This document shows, in pieces, positions 62,143-64,000 of a stretch of DNA of 64,000 bases. The DNA is from a bacterium (GTDB taxonomy: Bacteria > Acidobacteriota > Blastocatellia > HR10): positions 146,909 to 210,908 of the forward strand of contig JBEPZV010000002.1 in the NCBI GenBank assembly GCA_041640655.1. Direction: 5' to 3'. Both the position numbers and the translations under genes were made by a program. Each line of letters opens with the position of its first letter. The first letter of the stretch is position 1. A model generated the notes under the pieces. It ran no database searches, had not been told where the DNA came from, and saw only the letters and a program-made list of their open reading frames with translations.

Positions 62143-62688
62143 TCACACCGGGATGTACGCGCCCGGCTCGTTGAACTCCTTATAGGTGTAGAGCCGGCTC
62201 ACATCCACGACGATCTGCCCTTCGGCATCCAATTCGACTTTCGCGCGATCCATCGGGCGCGGCGCCGGCCCCTCGAAGTTGATCCCCTCCATGTCGTACC
62301 CGCTCCCGTGGCAGGGGCACTTGAACTTATTCTCGCTCGGGCTCCACATGGGCGTGCACCCGAGGTGCGTGCAGCGGGCGTAGATCACAAAGAGCCGATC
62401 CGTCGTGCGCACCACCCAGATGCGATATTGATCCTGAAATCGCGTATCCACGCCCAGGCTGAAATCCGAAGGATAGCCGATCCGAAAGACGGGGCTCGGT
62501 TCAAAGAGCGCCCGGGGGAAGAAGAAGCGCAGGAACATGAGGAAATTGGTGGCCAGGAAGCCCCACACGGAGGTCCAGACCAGACGACGCCGCATCTTAT
62601 TGACCATCTCCGTGAGCGGCGTGGAGTCGGCACCTTTCTCGACAGCCGGCGCCTCCCGCTCGACGGTCGAAGGCGGCGATGTCTTCAT
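62143..62688 (-). CDS. Rieske [2Fe-2S] subunit
   Basis: CTHLGC and CPCHGS boxes, GPAPRP, RR before the TM. Confidence 0.95.
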   Translation of the reverse strand: MKTSPPSTVEREAPAVEKGADSTPLTEMVNKMRRRLVWTSVWGFLATNFLMFLRFFFPRALFEPSPVFRIGYPSDFSLGVDTRFQDQYRIWVVRTTDRLFVIYARCTHLGCTPMWSPSENKFKCPCHGSGYDMEGINFEGPAPRPMDRAKVELDAEGQIVVDVSRLYTYKEFNEPGAYIPV

Positions 62689-63010
62689 AATCCACCCCCC
62701 GAATTGAAGAGTCGGTCACCGAATCCTCTCAGACGACCGCCGTGATGACTGCACGGGATCACAACCGAGAGCCTTTTGAACTCACGGGAAACAAGGAGCA
62801 CTTCGCCCGTGAAACAGCCGTTCGCTCGCCCCCATGCACACGGACCCCGGCGAATCTGCTCACCACGTTGGCACATGATGGAATGAGTGCCCCACGGTGA
62901 ATCTCATCTCACTGCCAGATGAAACCTCTCTCTTGAGAACGGCACGCACGCACCTTTCCACCATCTCAACGCTCGCCACGCCTTGCCCTCTGGGCAACTG
63001 TAGAAGCTCT

Positions 63011-63039
63011 CTTATAATACGCCCGTCTTGGGATGTCAA
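63011..63039 (-). promoter_or_regulatory. Putative promoter for the Rieske/cytochrome b operon
   Basis: TTGACA (63039-63034) - 17 nt - TATAAG (63016-63011). Confidence 0.6.
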
Positions 63040-63126
63040 TATCCGCGCGGCGTGCCTGGAGGCGCGCTTGCTAATGAGCGCACAGGTGTGCTACTTCTCC
63101 GACGACATTCATCGGGAGGGAGAGGG

Positions 63127-64000
63127 ATGAGAGACGTGAGATCTCTTCTGCTGCTTCCGCTCGTGATCTTCTCGACCGTCGCGAATGGGGGCGCGCCGTC
63201 GGCACCAGCGCCCGGTCCCGCATTCCTTGTCCTCAAGGCCGGCGCGCTCTTGGATGTCCGACAAGGACGCCTGCTCCCGAATCACGCGCTCCTCATCGAG
63301 GGGGATCGCATTAAGGAAGTGGGCCCGACTGAGGTCGTGCTCGCGCATGCTCCCCGTGGGACGCCCGTGCTGGATCTCGACCGCCTGACGGTGCTGCCCG
63401 GGCTCATTGATATGCACGTGCATCTGACGGCGAATCCTGAGCATGCGGGGTATCGGGCCTTGAGCGTCTCCGTGCCTCGCGAGGCGCTTCACGGTGCCGC
63501 CAACGCGTGGCGGACGCTTCAAGCGGGATTCACGACCGTGCGCAACCTGGGGGCTTCCGGCTACGCAGATGTCGCCCTTCGCGATGCGATCGTCGAGGGC
63601 GATGTGCCCGGCCCACGCATGCTCGTCTCCGGCCCGGCCCTGGGCATCACCGGCGGGCATTGCGACAACAATCTGCTCGCCCCCGAATTCAAACATAAAG
63701 CCGAAGCGGTCGCCGATGGTCCCTGGGCCGCCCGCGCCAAGGTGCGCGAGGTCGTCAAGTACGGAGCCGATCTCATCAAGGTGTGCGCCACCGGCGGCGT
63801 CCTCTCCAAAGGCGATCATCCGGGGACTCAGCAGTACACATTCGAGGAGCTTCAGGCGATCGTCGAAGAAGCGCACAAGCTGGGTCGAAAAGTCGCCGCC
63901 CACGCGCATGGCGCTGAGGGCATCAAGGCCGCGATCCGCGCCGGGGTGGATTCCATCGAACACGCGAGCCTCATTGACGAAGAAGGCCTTCGATTGGCGA
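63127..64000 (+). CDS. Secreted amidohydrolase-family protein (Xaa-Pro dipeptidase-like), 5' part; runs off the right edge
   Basis: Hand translation from ATG 63127: MRDVRSLLLLPLV...LPGLIDMHVH...AGFTTVRNLG...GGHCD...KVAAHAHG...SIEHAS. Missing from the ORF track because no stop lies in the window. Confidence 0.9.
   Translation, partial: MRDVRSLLLLPLVIFSTVANGGAPSAPAPGPAFLVLKAGALLDVRQGRLLPNHALLIEGDRIKEVGPTEVVLAHAPRGTPVLDLDRLTVLPGLIDMHVHLTANPEHAGYRALSVSVPREALHGAANAWRTLQAGFTTVRNLGASGYADVALRDAIVEGDVPGPRMLVSGPALGITGGHCDNNLLAPEFKHKAEAVADGPWAARAKVREVVKYGADLIKVCATGGVLSKGDHPGTQQYTFEELQAIVEEAHKLGRKVAAHAHGAEGIKAAIRAGVDSIEHASLIDEEGLRLA

Noticed and set aside
63109..63963. 284-aa minus-strand ORF
   Set aside because: Antisense to the amidohydrolase, which has clear metal-binding motifs on the plus strand.

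Overview
GC-rich bacterial chromosomal segment. Gene content and style suggest a thermophilic Acidobacteriota/Blastocatellia-like organism (inference only). The left edge holds the start of a type I-B-like CRISPR-Cas module: a cas8b/TM1802-family gene running off the window and absent from the ORF track, two divergent cas6 genes, and between them a repeat-spacer-repeat element that also reads as a small ORF. A long housekeeping region follows: tsaD, mtnA, rsmE, prmA, an APC-USP-TrkA cluster, tRNA-Lys, an orphan groEL, mutL, aspS, hisS, rsmD, rlmN, mpl, comEA, comM, hsp20, a divergent sigma-70 with a short rho, miaA, tmk, holB, proS and a split MetE. The right end is a convergent respiratory cluster: A1-type aa3 oxidase operon, heme O/A synthases, a probable blue-copper lipoprotein, an octaheme cytochrome c, a split cytochrome b and a Rieske protein. 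The most striking unannotated element is an autonomous transcription unit at about 26.24-26.70 kb, below the ORF-track size cutoff. It has a near-consensus promoter, two ribosome-binding sites and a terminator, and encodes two paralogous 35-36 aa hydrophobic micropeptides that both start MRERGQ, a class III (prepilin-type) signal motif.
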